DNA from: a virus
Direction: 5' to 3' (one strand)
Length of the DNA stretch: 45,032 bases
IMG/VR virus record: IMGVR_UViG_3300010396_000020
Coordinates: 1 to 45,032 of that record
The position numbers were made by a program, and so were the translations under genes. The notes under the pieces are model-generated. The model worked only from the letters and a program-made list of their open reading frames with translations, had not been told where the DNA came from and made no database searches. Shown here one piece after another: positions 1 through 7,921 of the stretch (the first letter of the stretch is position 1; the number at the start of each line of letters is the position of its first letter).

Positions 1-123
1 ACCTTGGTACTGGCTGGAACCCTGACCTCTGTTTCATGGGCAAATCCTGAAGTCTTTTCAGAATCAATCGAGTCCTTGCTTTCAACATCACTTCTGGGAA
101 ACGGAGAATATCTCACAGGATGC
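1..123. repeat. Terminal direct repeat, left copy; identical to 44910..45032. Read as the overlap of a circular or circularly permuted genome.
   Basis: The first 123 nt (accttggtactggctggaaccctgacc...ctcacaggatgc) recur exactly as the last 123 nt. The offset is fixed by the GTG at 45025, which equals position 116. Confidence 0.9.
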
Positions 124-929
124 AGTTTTTTTCTAAATTCATCATCGACTGGAATTTCAAGCAAGACATCTCTTTCTCTGAAATATGGATTTCTTGGATC
201 AAATGTAAAAGATTTGTAGTCTGCATCCTCGCCAGTCTCAAACTTGGACTTGCCAAACTCTCCAGTCTTGAGATAACTGTCAAGTTCGTCAAATGATACA
301 AACCTGTGGATGGCCTTTGTAGTCTTGGCCCTCTCTTGTTGCACTTGGTTGAAACCTTCAAGCTCTTCAATACCTTCCTTGACTAGATTCTTGGATTTGT
401 CATCCATTGACTCGATTGACTTCAATGAAAGTTTGTCAAGTGTCTTGTTGTCGCCTTTGTCAAGAGCTTCATAAAACTCATTGGCATCTGATTCAGACAG
501 GTTTCTTGATATGTCATTTGGCTTGGTTCGTGTGTTGAGATTTCTTCCAACGTCATCCATTCCTTTAAAGTCAGATTCCTTGGCATTATCAACAATATTT
601 TGGATTCTTTTGTTATCAAGATGTAAAATTTTGTTCAATCTGTTCTCAGATTCTATTTTATTGGCTATATCTGTGAAAAACTTCCTTTCTTCTTCAGTGT
701 GACTGTGTTTGTCAGCCAGTTCTCGAAAGACATCAGCATTTTCATCCGGTTCGTGGCCAGATTGATGAGTATCTCTCTCTTTTTCTGTGTCAAATCCCTT
801 GCCGCAATTCTTACAAGTAAACTGGCCATCATTGTCTCGTGGATGATCTGATTCATTAAAATCAGATGCGATTTTTTGGATTGAAAAATGAAAATCCAAT
901 GATGGAATATTGATTCCTGATGGAGTCAA
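1..929 (-). CDS. N-terminal part of a 963-aa composite head-module protein that continues across the circular junction into 42947..45032. Contains a C2H2 zinc finger.
   Basis: Hand translation of the frame shared with ORF 42947..45025 is open from 995 down to position 1. The TTG at 929..927 overlaps the TGA of gene 926..1276 (a TTGA overlap, as at four other starts). FTCKNCGKGFDTEKERDTHQSGH at 753..821 fits C-x2-C-x12-H-x3-H. The ORF is absent from the track because it runs off the window edge. Confidence 0.6.
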   Translation of the reverse strand, partial: MTPSGINIPSLDFHFSIQKIASDFNESDHPRDNDGQFTCKNCGKGFDTEKERDTHQSGHEPDENADVFRELADKHSHTEEERKFFTDIANKIESENRLNKILHLDNKRIQNIVDNAKESDFKGMDDVGRNLNTRTKPNDISRNLSESDANEFYEALDKGDNKTLDKLSLKSIESMDDKSKNLVKEGIEELEGFNQVQQERAKTTKAIHRFVSFDELDSYLKTGEFGKSKFETGEDADYKSFTFDPRNPYFRERDVLLEIPVDDEFRKKLHPVRYSPFPRSDVESKDSIDSEKTSGFAHETEVRVPASTK

Positions 930-1276
930 GGCCGCTTTGTGATTAGAACAGTCATGTAAGGATAAGTTGGAATAACAATATTTCCTCCAGCATCTTCACA
1001 GGAAAGCATCGCCCAATAATTTCCGGCAGCTGGAATGTCACCTGAAGAGACAGGCCATCTGGCTATTGAGCCAGTGGGAATCACAGTCATTGGCTTGCGA
1101 TTCAAAAGTATTGTCAAAAAGTCCTGAGTCCAAATGGTAAGATAGATGTTAGTGATGCCAAGGACAGCAAAGTTGGCAAGCTGTGGAGTGTTGAAGGAAT
1201 CAACATTTTCAGGATCGTAAACAGCGATATCATATTCATATCCCACTGATTGCTCTCCAAGTTCTATGTCTGCCAT
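926..1276 (-). CDS. Hypothetical protein, 116 aa, in the fibre/accessory region.
   Basis: Track ORF in the dominant minus-strand gene chain, starting 1 nt after the stop of the upstream gene. No motif recognised. Confidence 0.6.
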   Translation of the reverse strand: MADIELGEQSVGYEYDIAVYDPENVDSFNTPQLANFAVLGITNIYLTIWTQDFLTILLNRKPMTVIPTGSIARWPVSSGDIPAAGNYWAMLSCEDAGGNIVIPTYPYMTVLITKRP

Positions 1277-1277
1277 G

Positions 1278-2348
1278 TCAGAATCTTGATGTTACTCCTT
1301 TCCTCCTATCCAGTCTAGTATCTCCACTTCGTTTAAAGATTTTTGTTGTTGTGCTTCGTCTGATGAGTGAGGTTTTTGTTGATTTCCTTGGAGTTGGAGG
1401 CTGTGCCAGCTTGCCAACAAATGTCTCGATGATATGCTCAATTTCATTGATGATTCTGGAAATTGCTCTGGCCCAGATTGATCCCTCATTGATGTTCTCA
1501 GTCTCGTTAACTTTCATCACTGTGGCTTTGACATAATTCCACTCCTCGATAATATTCTCAATCTCATCAACAATCCTGACAAGGCTTCGAGAAATTACAG
1601 AATTTTCAATAATATTTTCAACTTCATTGATGATTCTAGTCTTGGCACTAATTGGCAGAATTGTCTCGTTGACATCAACAGTCTCATCGACATAGATAAT
1701 GTGGTTTATGATTGGCTCAACATCCTCATTGATATCTTCAGTCTCGTTGACAGTCCTTGTCTTGGCACTAATTGGACTGACTGACTCGTTGATATCTTCA
1801 GTCTCGTTGACCATGCGATTCATCGCCCTGACAAACAGGACAGCTTTGTTGACAAGAACTTCAAAGGCTCGGTTTGCCGCTTGAAATGATGAGCCTTGGA
1901 AAACTGGAGATTGTTCCTCCTCCACTTCCTCAGTCTCGTTGATGATTCTAGCCATTACTTTTGAGCCAATAAATGACTCTACCTCATGGACAGCTTCATT
2001 GAAAAGCCTGACCATAACTCTCGGATTAAACCATGATTCCGTCATTCTCTCAGTCTCGTTGACTTGCATGATAACAGTTCCAAGGCTGTTGAACTGTTCA
2101 TTATTGTCAACAGTCTCGTCAATGATGAATTTGTTGGAGAGTGTGACAAAAAGATTTGAGCCTCCGTTTACAACAGTCTCAAAAGCATGGTTGGCCCCTT
2201 GGAATGAACTGGCCTGAAATACTGGATGATTAGAGTCAGATACCCTCTCAGTCTCGTTTTGTATCAAGACGAGGTTGCCTGTGACTTGGAAAGCTCCGGC
2301 CCCTTGGAATGAAAACTCTTGAAAATCAACACTTGTTCTAGTTACCAA
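1278..2348 (-). CDS. Repeat protein with 12 copies of a (I/V)-x-N-E-T-E-x-(I/V)-x-E motif and a basic C-terminal tail.
   Basis: Track ORF of 356 aa with a TTG start at 2348. Repeats include IQNETERVSDS, QVNETERMTES, IINETEEVEEE, MVNETEDINES, TVNETEDINED, KVNETENINEG, IINEVENIIEN, IVDEIENIIEE and IINEIEHIIET. A larger repeat is PVFQ(A/G)SSFQ(G/A)AN(H/R)AFE. Confidence 0.75.
   Translation of the reverse strand: MVTRTSVDFQEFSFQGAGAFQVTGNLVLIQNETERVSDSNHPVFQASSFQGANHAFETVVNGGSNLFVTLSNKFIIDETVDNNEQFNSLGTVIMQVNETERMTESWFNPRVMVRLFNEAVHEVESFIGSKVMARIINETEEVEEEQSPVFQGSSFQAANRAFEVLVNKAVLFVRAMNRMVNETEDINESVSPISAKTRTVNETEDINEDVEPIINHIIYVDETVDVNETILPISAKTRIINEVENIIENSVISRSLVRIVDEIENIIEEWNYVKATVMKVNETENINEGSIWARAISRIINEIEHIIETFVGKLAQPPTPRKSTKTSLIRRSTTTKIFKRSGDTRLDRRKGVTSRF
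1639..1811. repeat. In-frame DNA repeats inside the NETE-repeat gene.
   Basis: The 17-mer gtcttggcactaattgg occurs at 1639..1655 and 1759..1775. The 21-mer gatatcttcagtctcgttgac occurs at 1731..1751 and 1791..1811. The core cagtctcgtt recurs through 1499..2260. Confidence 0.85.
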
Positions 2349-2382
2349 TTAAAAAGAAAATAGACGGTAAAGGAATTAACCT

Positions 2383-2820
2383 TTACTTTTGTGATTCGTT
2401 GCGTTGCTTCAGAAAGAGATCCTTCTTTGCCTCTTCAAACATGGCATAAACTTCTCCTATCTCTTGGACATTGAGATTCTCTGGAGGAATTGTATTGACA
2501 TATTCTTCAAGTCTCTTGAGAAGAGATTCATCGATGTTCCATTCTCCCTTATCTTTTGCTGTGAGATTATTGATGCTCTTTGAGAGTCTGTTCAAGTCAG
2601 CCGCTTCTTGGGCTGTCTTTGGCTTGATTCCATTCATTAGAATCAAAGACAACAGTTCTCCTCTCATGAGAGGTTTTGCCTCTGCCTCGATGTCTATCAT
2701 GGTTTTTGGAGTGCCATCAGGTTTGGTTCTCTTTACGGCCTGAAGATTCTTGACTGGATTGCCAGCAACATCAGTCACAGGCTCTTTCAGTTTCAGAATT
2801 ACTTTGACTGTTTCTGTCAT
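2383..2820 (-). CDS. Hypothetical protein, 145 aa.
   Basis: Track ORF with an ATG at 2820 lying exactly 22 nt downstream of the promoter box at 2843..2854. Confidence 0.7.
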   Translation of the reverse strand: MTETVKVILKLKEPVTDVAGNPVKNLQAVKRTKPDGTPKTMIDIEAEAKPLMRGELLSLILMNGIKPKTAQEAADLNRLSKSINNLTAKDKGEWNIDESLLKRLEEYVNTIPPENLNVQEIGEVYAMFEEAKKDLFLKQRNESQK

Positions 2821-2842
2821 GAAAAGTTATGAATATTACAGT

Positions 2843-2854
2843 CTTAATAAGATT
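2843..2854 (-). promoter_or_regulatory. TATA-like promoter box.
   Basis: Minus strand reads AATCTTATTAAG, 22 nt before ATG 2820. The flanking gttatgaatatt is shared with the box at 25980. Confidence 0.6.
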
Positions 2855-2935
2855 ATGATAGATTTTGGTGACGAGGACATTGTGGGTTTATTGTTTCTGC
2901 ATTACAAATACAGTTATCATCTGAATAATATTGAC

Positions 2936-4948
2936 TCATGCCAACTGTTCGATTATTGCAGATATCTTGTATGCTACGGATGTTCCAGTGAAGGTTGTTT
3001 TGACTATAATATTAGCTCCTGAATTATCAATGTCAAACTCCCACGATCCACTATAAGTTACGTTTGCGCTAACGGATGTTGTCAATCCAACTGTTGTGGA
3101 GTTTTGTGTGAATATTGGTAAGTTTGCTGGAGTTTGGGCATGAGAATTAGAATCAGTCCATGCTAATGTCCATCCAAGTGTTGCGGCTGTTGCAGCTGAT
3201 ACAGAAATTGAAACAGTTACCCTATATCTTCCAGCCACAGAAGGAGGAGTATAAGTCAAGACGTTTGTATCAGCTCCAGTTTCTGATTTTTGTAATGTAG
3301 AACCGTAGATAGTAGATAGTCCTTGTCCTGCTGTTGAAATGTTTGCATATCTCGTAATTTTTCCAGTATTTCCTAAAACCATCAAAGTTGTTTGAGTTCC
3401 TACTCCTGTTAGTTGTCTCCATGCAAACGAATCAGTTGCCGAAGTAAAAGTATTCCAAAAGTCTATAGCTGAAGATTGGAAATTCCATCCAATAGCTCCT
3501 ACTCCTGTTGCAGAAGAGGGATATAGTGTATTGTTGTTTCCATTGATGTACACAAATGTATTTCCTCCAGCTCCTAAAATAATATTGGAGTATGTTGTGA
3601 TTGTTGCCGCAGTATCAAGACTCATTAGTTTTGTTCCATTGTTGTAAAAGTTAAGTGGTCTGAAAGATCCTGTTCCTCCCTTGTTTACATAGAGTGCGTG
3701 TTCGTTGGATGTGCCAAAGTCAGAAGTAAGCATCACAAGCTCATAATTTGTCGCTATATCGCTAGTCCTGAAAACGTAAAGCCCTGATGATTTTGTTGTG
3801 CCAGCTGGTGATAATGCCAAAACTGATTGATTGTTTCCCGAAGAACGAGATAATCCAATAGCTGTGACACTTGCGGCTGTTGTTTCTAATATTGTATAAT
3901 TCGAAGTTGTCAAAGAGTTTGCGCCAAGTGCAATATTAGCTCCAGACATTGTAATTGTTCCAGTGAATGTTTGGGCCAGTCCAAGTGTTGCCAAGGTATC
4001 TGTTCCAGTTATCAGAGGAAGATTGAGGATTCTGTTGGCTGTGATAGCGGCTGGAGTTAATACATAGTTGAAAGTAAATGCTGGATTTGTTATGTTTATA
4101 GTTCCATCATCATTGAGCCTGAAAACTTCTGAGAGAGTTGTTGTTGTTTTCTTTGTCGTCAAAAATGAGATATATGTTCCATGTGCCGAGCCAGATTGGT
4201 TCTCAGCTGCAACAAGTCTTATCTGTGGGTTTCCAGCTGCGGCAAAGGATGTTCCATCATAAGCTCTTCCAGTAAGTGAAGTGATGATATCATTAGCTGA
4301 GAGTGTTGTTGGGCTTGCCTTACTTCCCCTTGCAGCTCTTCCAATAAAATGATTATAAAATCCTGTTCCATAAGCATCAAGTAAAATCTGGGCATCTCCT
4401 CCGTCTTTCACTCCATGGATCAATTCAGAGGCAACAAAGGTTCCAATATTGATTCCAATTTGGTTGTCAATTTCTACAACTCCAGAGAATGTTTGCTTTA
4501 ATGCAAAGGTATTGAGTGATGATGTAAGAGCTGCAAGATAGTTTCCAACTTCATTCCAGTTGGTTCCATCATATTGTAAAAGCAATCTGACTGATGTTGA
4601 AAGGACTTTGTCTGTGGCCCCTTGTAATTGGATGTTACCTGAGCCATGTTTCACAGTGATTGTTTGGCCAGCTGCGGCCAATAATTGGACTACATCATGA
4701 TTAAGGGCATCAGTTGAGGTGATTGTAACAAGATTGTCAGGACTTCCTCCTTCTCCAGTGATTACGTGTAATGCGTCTGACAAGACAAATGCATCAGTCG
4801 CCAGAGTTGTTGATGTTCCGATATATCCAACAATACCTTGCTGTTTGTGTGCATTTCCATTCCAGTCTCTTTGTGGCTGGATGTCAGAAGTTCCATCGTC
4901 TGGCTGTGTTGCAACTCTCACATGACGATCATATTCAACACGAGTCAT
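2936..4948 (-). CDS. Tail fibre or receptor-binding protein, 670 aa.
   Basis: Track ORF rich in T/S/G/N/A, with long beta-rich low-charge stretches typical of fibres. It lies in the structural region. The call rests on composition and position only. Confidence 0.65.
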   Translation of the reverse strand: MTRVEYDRHVRVATQPDDGTSDIQPQRDWNGNAHKQQGIVGYIGTSTTLATDAFVLSDALHVITGEGGSPDNLVTITSTDALNHDVVQLLAAAGQTITVKHGSGNIQLQGATDKVLSTSVRLLLQYDGTNWNEVGNYLAALTSSLNTFALKQTFSGVVEIDNQIGINIGTFVASELIHGVKDGGDAQILLDAYGTGFYNHFIGRAARGSKASPTTLSANDIITSLTGRAYDGTSFAAAGNPQIRLVAAENQSGSAHGTYISFLTTKKTTTTLSEVFRLNDDGTINITNPAFTFNYVLTPAAITANRILNLPLITGTDTLATLGLAQTFTGTITMSGANIALGANSLTTSNYTILETTAASVTAIGLSRSSGNNQSVLALSPAGTTKSSGLYVFRTSDIATNYELVMLTSDFGTSNEHALYVNKGGTGSFRPLNFYNNGTKLMSLDTAATITTYSNIILGAGGNTFVYINGNNNTLYPSSATGVGAIGWNFQSSAIDFWNTFTSATDSFAWRQLTGVGTQTTLMVLGNTGKITRYANISTAGQGLSTIYGSTLQKSETGADTNVLTYTPPSVAGRYRVTVSISVSAATAATLGWTLAWTDSNSHAQTPANLPIFTQNSTTVGLTTSVSANVTYSGSWEFDIDNSGANIIVKTTFTGTSVAYKISAIIEQLA

Positions 4949-5397
4949 TATGAAGCTCCTCCGGAGAAGTCATAGATAAAGGCTCTATTGTCAAACGGAG
5001 TTGAAACAATCTGGCCCCCAATATCCTCATCAACTGAGATTCCTTCTCCAACCATCTTGACAAAGAATGAATCGATTATCTTCTGTTGTTTTGGATCAGA
5101 GCTTGCCAAGAGAGTTCGATAAAGACTGATGACTCTAGTTCGATGGTCAATCTTTGGCGAGATTTTTATGAAATCAGAATAATTCAGGAATGTAATCAAG
5201 ACATCAATGTTCTTGCCGTCAAAGTCAACAACTCTTTGCTCTACTGGAGAATATCCTCTGTCGATTAGTTCATCAACAATCTTGGAGTTTCCATTGGTAC
5301 AACAAACAATCTTGTCAGTCTTTTCAATGATATGAGATTCTTCAATAGATGAGACAAGTTTTCCAATGAGTTGATTGTAATGTTCGGAACTAACCAT
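4948..5397 (-). CDS. Hypothetical protein, 149 aa; possibly a fibre accessory protein, judged by position only.
   Basis: Track ORF whose stop overlaps the fibre gene start by 1 nt. Confidence 0.6.
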   Translation of the reverse strand: MVSSEHYNQLIGKLVSSIEESHIIEKTDKIVCCTNGNSKIVDELIDRGYSPVEQRVVDFDGKNIDVLITFLNYSDFIKISPKIDHRTRVISLYRTLLASSDPKQQKIIDSFFVKMVGEGISVDEDIGGQIVSTPFDNRAFIYDFSGGAS

Positions 5398-5542
5398 TTT
5401 TTATCACCTTGGTTTTATCCCCATTTTTTAAGACAAAGATATTCTCTTCCTTGCCCACGAAGATTGGCTCATCTATCCATCCATCCAATTTCTTGACATC
5501 GACTCCGGCCTTGTCTAGCTTGTCTTTGATTGAAGTCAACAT
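5390..5542 (-). CDS. Small hypothetical protein, 50 aa.
   Basis: Hand-translated as MLTSIKDKLDKAGVDVKKLDGWIDEPIFVGKEENIFVLKNGDKTKVIKNG. It overlaps both neighbours (ATGTTGA and ATGGTTAG). Below the track size cutoff. Confidence 0.4.
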   Translation of the reverse strand: MLTSIKDKLDKAGVDVKKLDGWIDEPIFVGKEENIFVLKNGDKTKVIKNG

Positions 5543-5955
5543 CTATTCTCCTTCTTAATTGAGGTTAGTTGATGATAAATCTCTTCTTGTTTGACTTTAT
5601 CAATCTTAGGAGCTCCAAATTCTCCAGCCATGACTTTTCTTCCAATAGGAAATTGCAACGCTAACATCAGTTGTGATGATTTGATTCTTGAGAATGGAAG
5701 TAACATCATAGACATTCTTTTTGCATCATTACTATAAAATGACAAATGCCAGCCAATTTTATGATGCTCTTTGCTTTTCTTGTAGTCTTTGCGAGTCAAA
5801 CTCCCTCCATATTGAGCTTGAACTGATTGCAAGAAGAACTTGTCAGTATTGATGAGAACTAATCTCAATCCAAAATAATTCCACTTTTTTGTCTTGACTA
5901 CTCCAACATAACCATCAGCATCAAAGAAGCCAGCCAGATACTCTGGGCTAATCAT
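5536..5955 (-). CDS. LAGLIDADG homing endonuclease, single-motif and free-standing.
   Basis: The N-terminus MISPEYLAGFFDADGYVG carries the LAGLIDADG motif. At 139 aa the size is typical of homodimeric family members. It sits between unrelated genes. Confidence 0.8.
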   Translation of the reverse strand: MISPEYLAGFFDADGYVGVVKTKKWNYFGLRLVLINTDKFFLQSVQAQYGGSLTRKDYKKSKEHHKIGWHLSFYSNDAKRMSMMLLPFSRIKSSQLMLALQFPIGRKVMAGEFGAPKIDKVKQEEIYHQLTSIKKENRC

Positions 5956-5957
5956 TT

Positions 5958-6593
5958 TTAGACTCCTAGAAGTTGGTGATTGATGAATCCCTTGAGAGAA
6001 TCGTTTACAGTCTTGTCAAAGGATGCAACTGAGAAATGAGTCAAGAGTTTTGAGCCACTCACTGGAGTTGAGCCAGCGTCATGAATACAGCCTCCAACAA
6101 TTCCAGTGGCGTTAAAGTCAGCCTTAGTCCAAGAAGTTCTCCATGTTACAACATTGACTCCAGCTCCAGTGTTGTCAGGATCAGAGTCGTTTACTTTTGG
6201 ATATGTTGCATCAATGGCCTTTCTTGATGTAGTTACTGGAGAAGATACGTTTCCATAAGTGTCAGTCTTTGCTATTGTCTGGGCCGCATTTGCAAGCTCC
6301 ATTCTTCCATTGGTATCGGCAAAGTTTGGAGATGGAGTTGTCAAGGCCCCAGCTTGTGCGTAGAAAATATCTCCGTCATTTGTTACCAAGTTATCTCCAA
6401 CAATTCTTCCATAAAATGATGATTTCTTTCCTTTCCCTGTTCTGTAATAATCTGGCTGATTCAGAACAAAAAGGATGTTTTTCTTTTTGTAAACTCCTTT
6501 CGCAATATACTTCTGGCCCCCATGGGCTGAGTGAATTTTATCCATTCGTTCATCGAAGGATTCTGCCTTTATTTTGTCGCCAACTGTAATCAA
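5958..6593 (-). CDS. Hypothetical protein, 211 aa; possibly structural.
   Basis: Track ORF with a TTG start at 6593, 23 nt downstream of the promoter box at 6617..6628. Confidence 0.65.
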   Translation of the reverse strand: MITVGDKIKAESFDERMDKIHSAHGGQKYIAKGVYKKKNILFVLNQPDYYRTGKGKKSSFYGRIVGDNLVTNDGDIFYAQAGALTTPSPNFADTNGRMELANAAQTIAKTDTYGNVSSPVTTSRKAIDATYPKVNDSDPDNTGAGVNVVTWRTSWTKADFNATGIVGGCIHDAGSTPVSGSKLLTHFSVASFDKTVNDSLKGFINHQLLGV

Positions 6594-6616
6594 GATAGTT
6601 TTTAATAAAAATGAGA

Positions 6617-6628
6617 ATATTTAAGATT
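6617..6628 (-). promoter_or_regulatory. TATA-like promoter box.
   Basis: Minus strand reads AATCTTAAATAT, 23 nt before TTG 6593. Confidence 0.5.
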
Positions 6629-6647
6629 AGAGTTTCAATTTAATAAA

Positions 6648-7286
6648 TTATTTCAGTCTGTTCTTCCAACCGGATATTGCATTTGTAATTCTGATATAAG
6701 CTCCGGTGGCCCATGTCCTTTTTCCGTAAAGGTTCTGAATTGCAGCTTTGTCAGTTGCATCAAGCATCAGTTTTCCATTATACATGAAATACATGATTGC
6801 TGATGGATTTGGATCGTGTGGAAGGCCCAACGAGTGGCCTGATTCGTGTTGCATTGTATTGAGTGGATTCCATTGGAAGTTTGTTCCAGAGAAGCTCCAG
6901 TTTAGCAAGTCATTGAGTTTGATATGGATTGGACTGTCTGTTCCATCTGGCATCATAGAATATCCCATGATTCCAGTGTTGCCCTTGATGACAGGATCAG
7001 CGTTGCCATCAACCCATTCGAAAGTAATATCTGGATTCTGAGTTGACTTGACATTTACGAGATTGATTGGGATCTCGTCTTGCCATGTCTGCATTACAAG
7101 TCTCATTCCAATAGCAATCTCGTGTTGATCTGGAATATCCTGAGTGCCTTTGAGTAATGCAAAGGTCACAATATTTTTGTTCCACTTGGCAACAACTTGA
7201 TTCTCTGATAACTCATAAGTGATCTTAGTTGGAATCATATTCTCGTCAGGGATGCAACGCATCACACAGCCAATTTGTGGAGTCAT
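6648..7286 (-). CDS. Matrixin-type (M10A, MMP-like) zinc metalloprotease with an N-terminal cysteine-switch-like motif and no signal peptide.
   Basis: HESGHSLGLPHD fits HExxHxxGxxH. The Met-turn is SAIMYFMY. DKAAIQNLYG resembles the MMP D..GIQ.LYG element. VMRCIPDE at residues 8-15 resembles the PRCGxPD cysteine switch. Confidence 0.88.
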   Translation of the reverse strand: MTPQIGCVMRCIPDENMIPTKITYELSENQVVAKWNKNIVTFALLKGTQDIPDQHEIAIGMRLVMQTWQDEIPINLVNVKSTQNPDITFEWVDGNADPVIKGNTGIMGYSMMPDGTDSPIHIKLNDLLNWSFSGTNFQWNPLNTMQHESGHSLGLPHDPNPSAIMYFMYNGKLMLDATDKAAIQNLYGKRTWATGAYIRITNAISGWKNRLK

Positions 7287-7843
7287 TTCTTCTTCACTCT
7301 AAGAATAACAAATGAAAGGATTCCACTAATAATCAAAGTAAGGCCAGCAATATTTCCAAACTCTGGAACTGGAACTGTGTTGTTTCCATTGATTGGATTG
7401 GGGCCAGTCTCAGTGTAACAATAGGATGGATAGATATAGCCAGTCAAGTCCTTGATGACAGTTCCATTGGTTGCAACTGTGTAAGTCTTGTTTAGATATC
7501 CATCTTGGTTCTTGAGAATCATCAATGCGATAGGACAGTAATTGGATGTTGGAGATGCAGTTGTAACGATTGGAGGCTCACAAAGGCCGTTGTTGAATCC
7601 TCCACAAGCTGTGAAAAATCCAACATTGTTTTTGATTGCTGTGTAATTTAGAGGGGCCAAGACAACGTTATTCTCTTGCACTCCGGTTGGAGTTATGATG
7701 ATTTGAAAAAAGTAATTGAAGTTACTTCCCTGAAAGTTTGGAACTCGGTTAAAGACTTGTTCTCTCTGGGCCTTGGACATGATTGGAATCTTCGAGTCTG
7801 CAAAGGCTGGAGAGATGACAAATCCAATAATTAGTATCATCAT
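7283..7843 (-). CDS. Secreted protein with a signal peptide and a C-terminal PEF-CTERM archaeal sorting signal.
   Basis: The C-terminus is PVPEFGNIAGLTLIISGILSFVILRVKKK: a PEF motif, a TM helix and a basic tail. The likely start is MM at 7843/7840, giving signal peptide MMILIIGFVISPAFA|DS. The track start at 7900 is an upstream alternative codon. Confidence 0.7.
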   Translation of the reverse strand: MMILIIGFVISPAFADSKIPIMSKAQREQVFNRVPNFQGSNFNYFFQIIITPTGVQENNVVLAPLNYTAIKNNVGFFTACGGFNNGLCEPPIVTTASPTSNYCPIALMILKNQDGYLNKTYTVATNGTVIKDLTGYIYPSYCYTETGPNPINGNNTVPVPEFGNIAGLTLIISGILSFVILRVKKK

Positions 7844-7921
7844 CACTATGCATGGGATGTCTCGTTCATAGTTCAATATAAAAAGAAGAGAGAATCTCAC
7901 GTTTAAAAAGATTGTGAGTGG

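Noticed and set aside
1-123. The terminal repeat as a genuine physical direct terminal repeat, or as att sites of an integrated provirus.
   Set aside because: The repeat lies inside a continuous coding frame rather than in non-coding ends. There is no integrase and there are no flanking host genes. Circular-assembly overlap is the simplest explanation, although short terminal redundancy cannot be excluded without read data.
1499-2260. The regularly spaced short DNA repeats (cagtctcgtt and others) could have been a CRISPR-like array or a DGR template/variable-region pair.
   Set aside because: The repeats are in frame within one long ORF and encode the NETE peptide motif. The spacing is irregular (60, 120 and about 110 bp), the repeat cores are degenerate, and no cas gene or reverse transcriptase is present in the genome.
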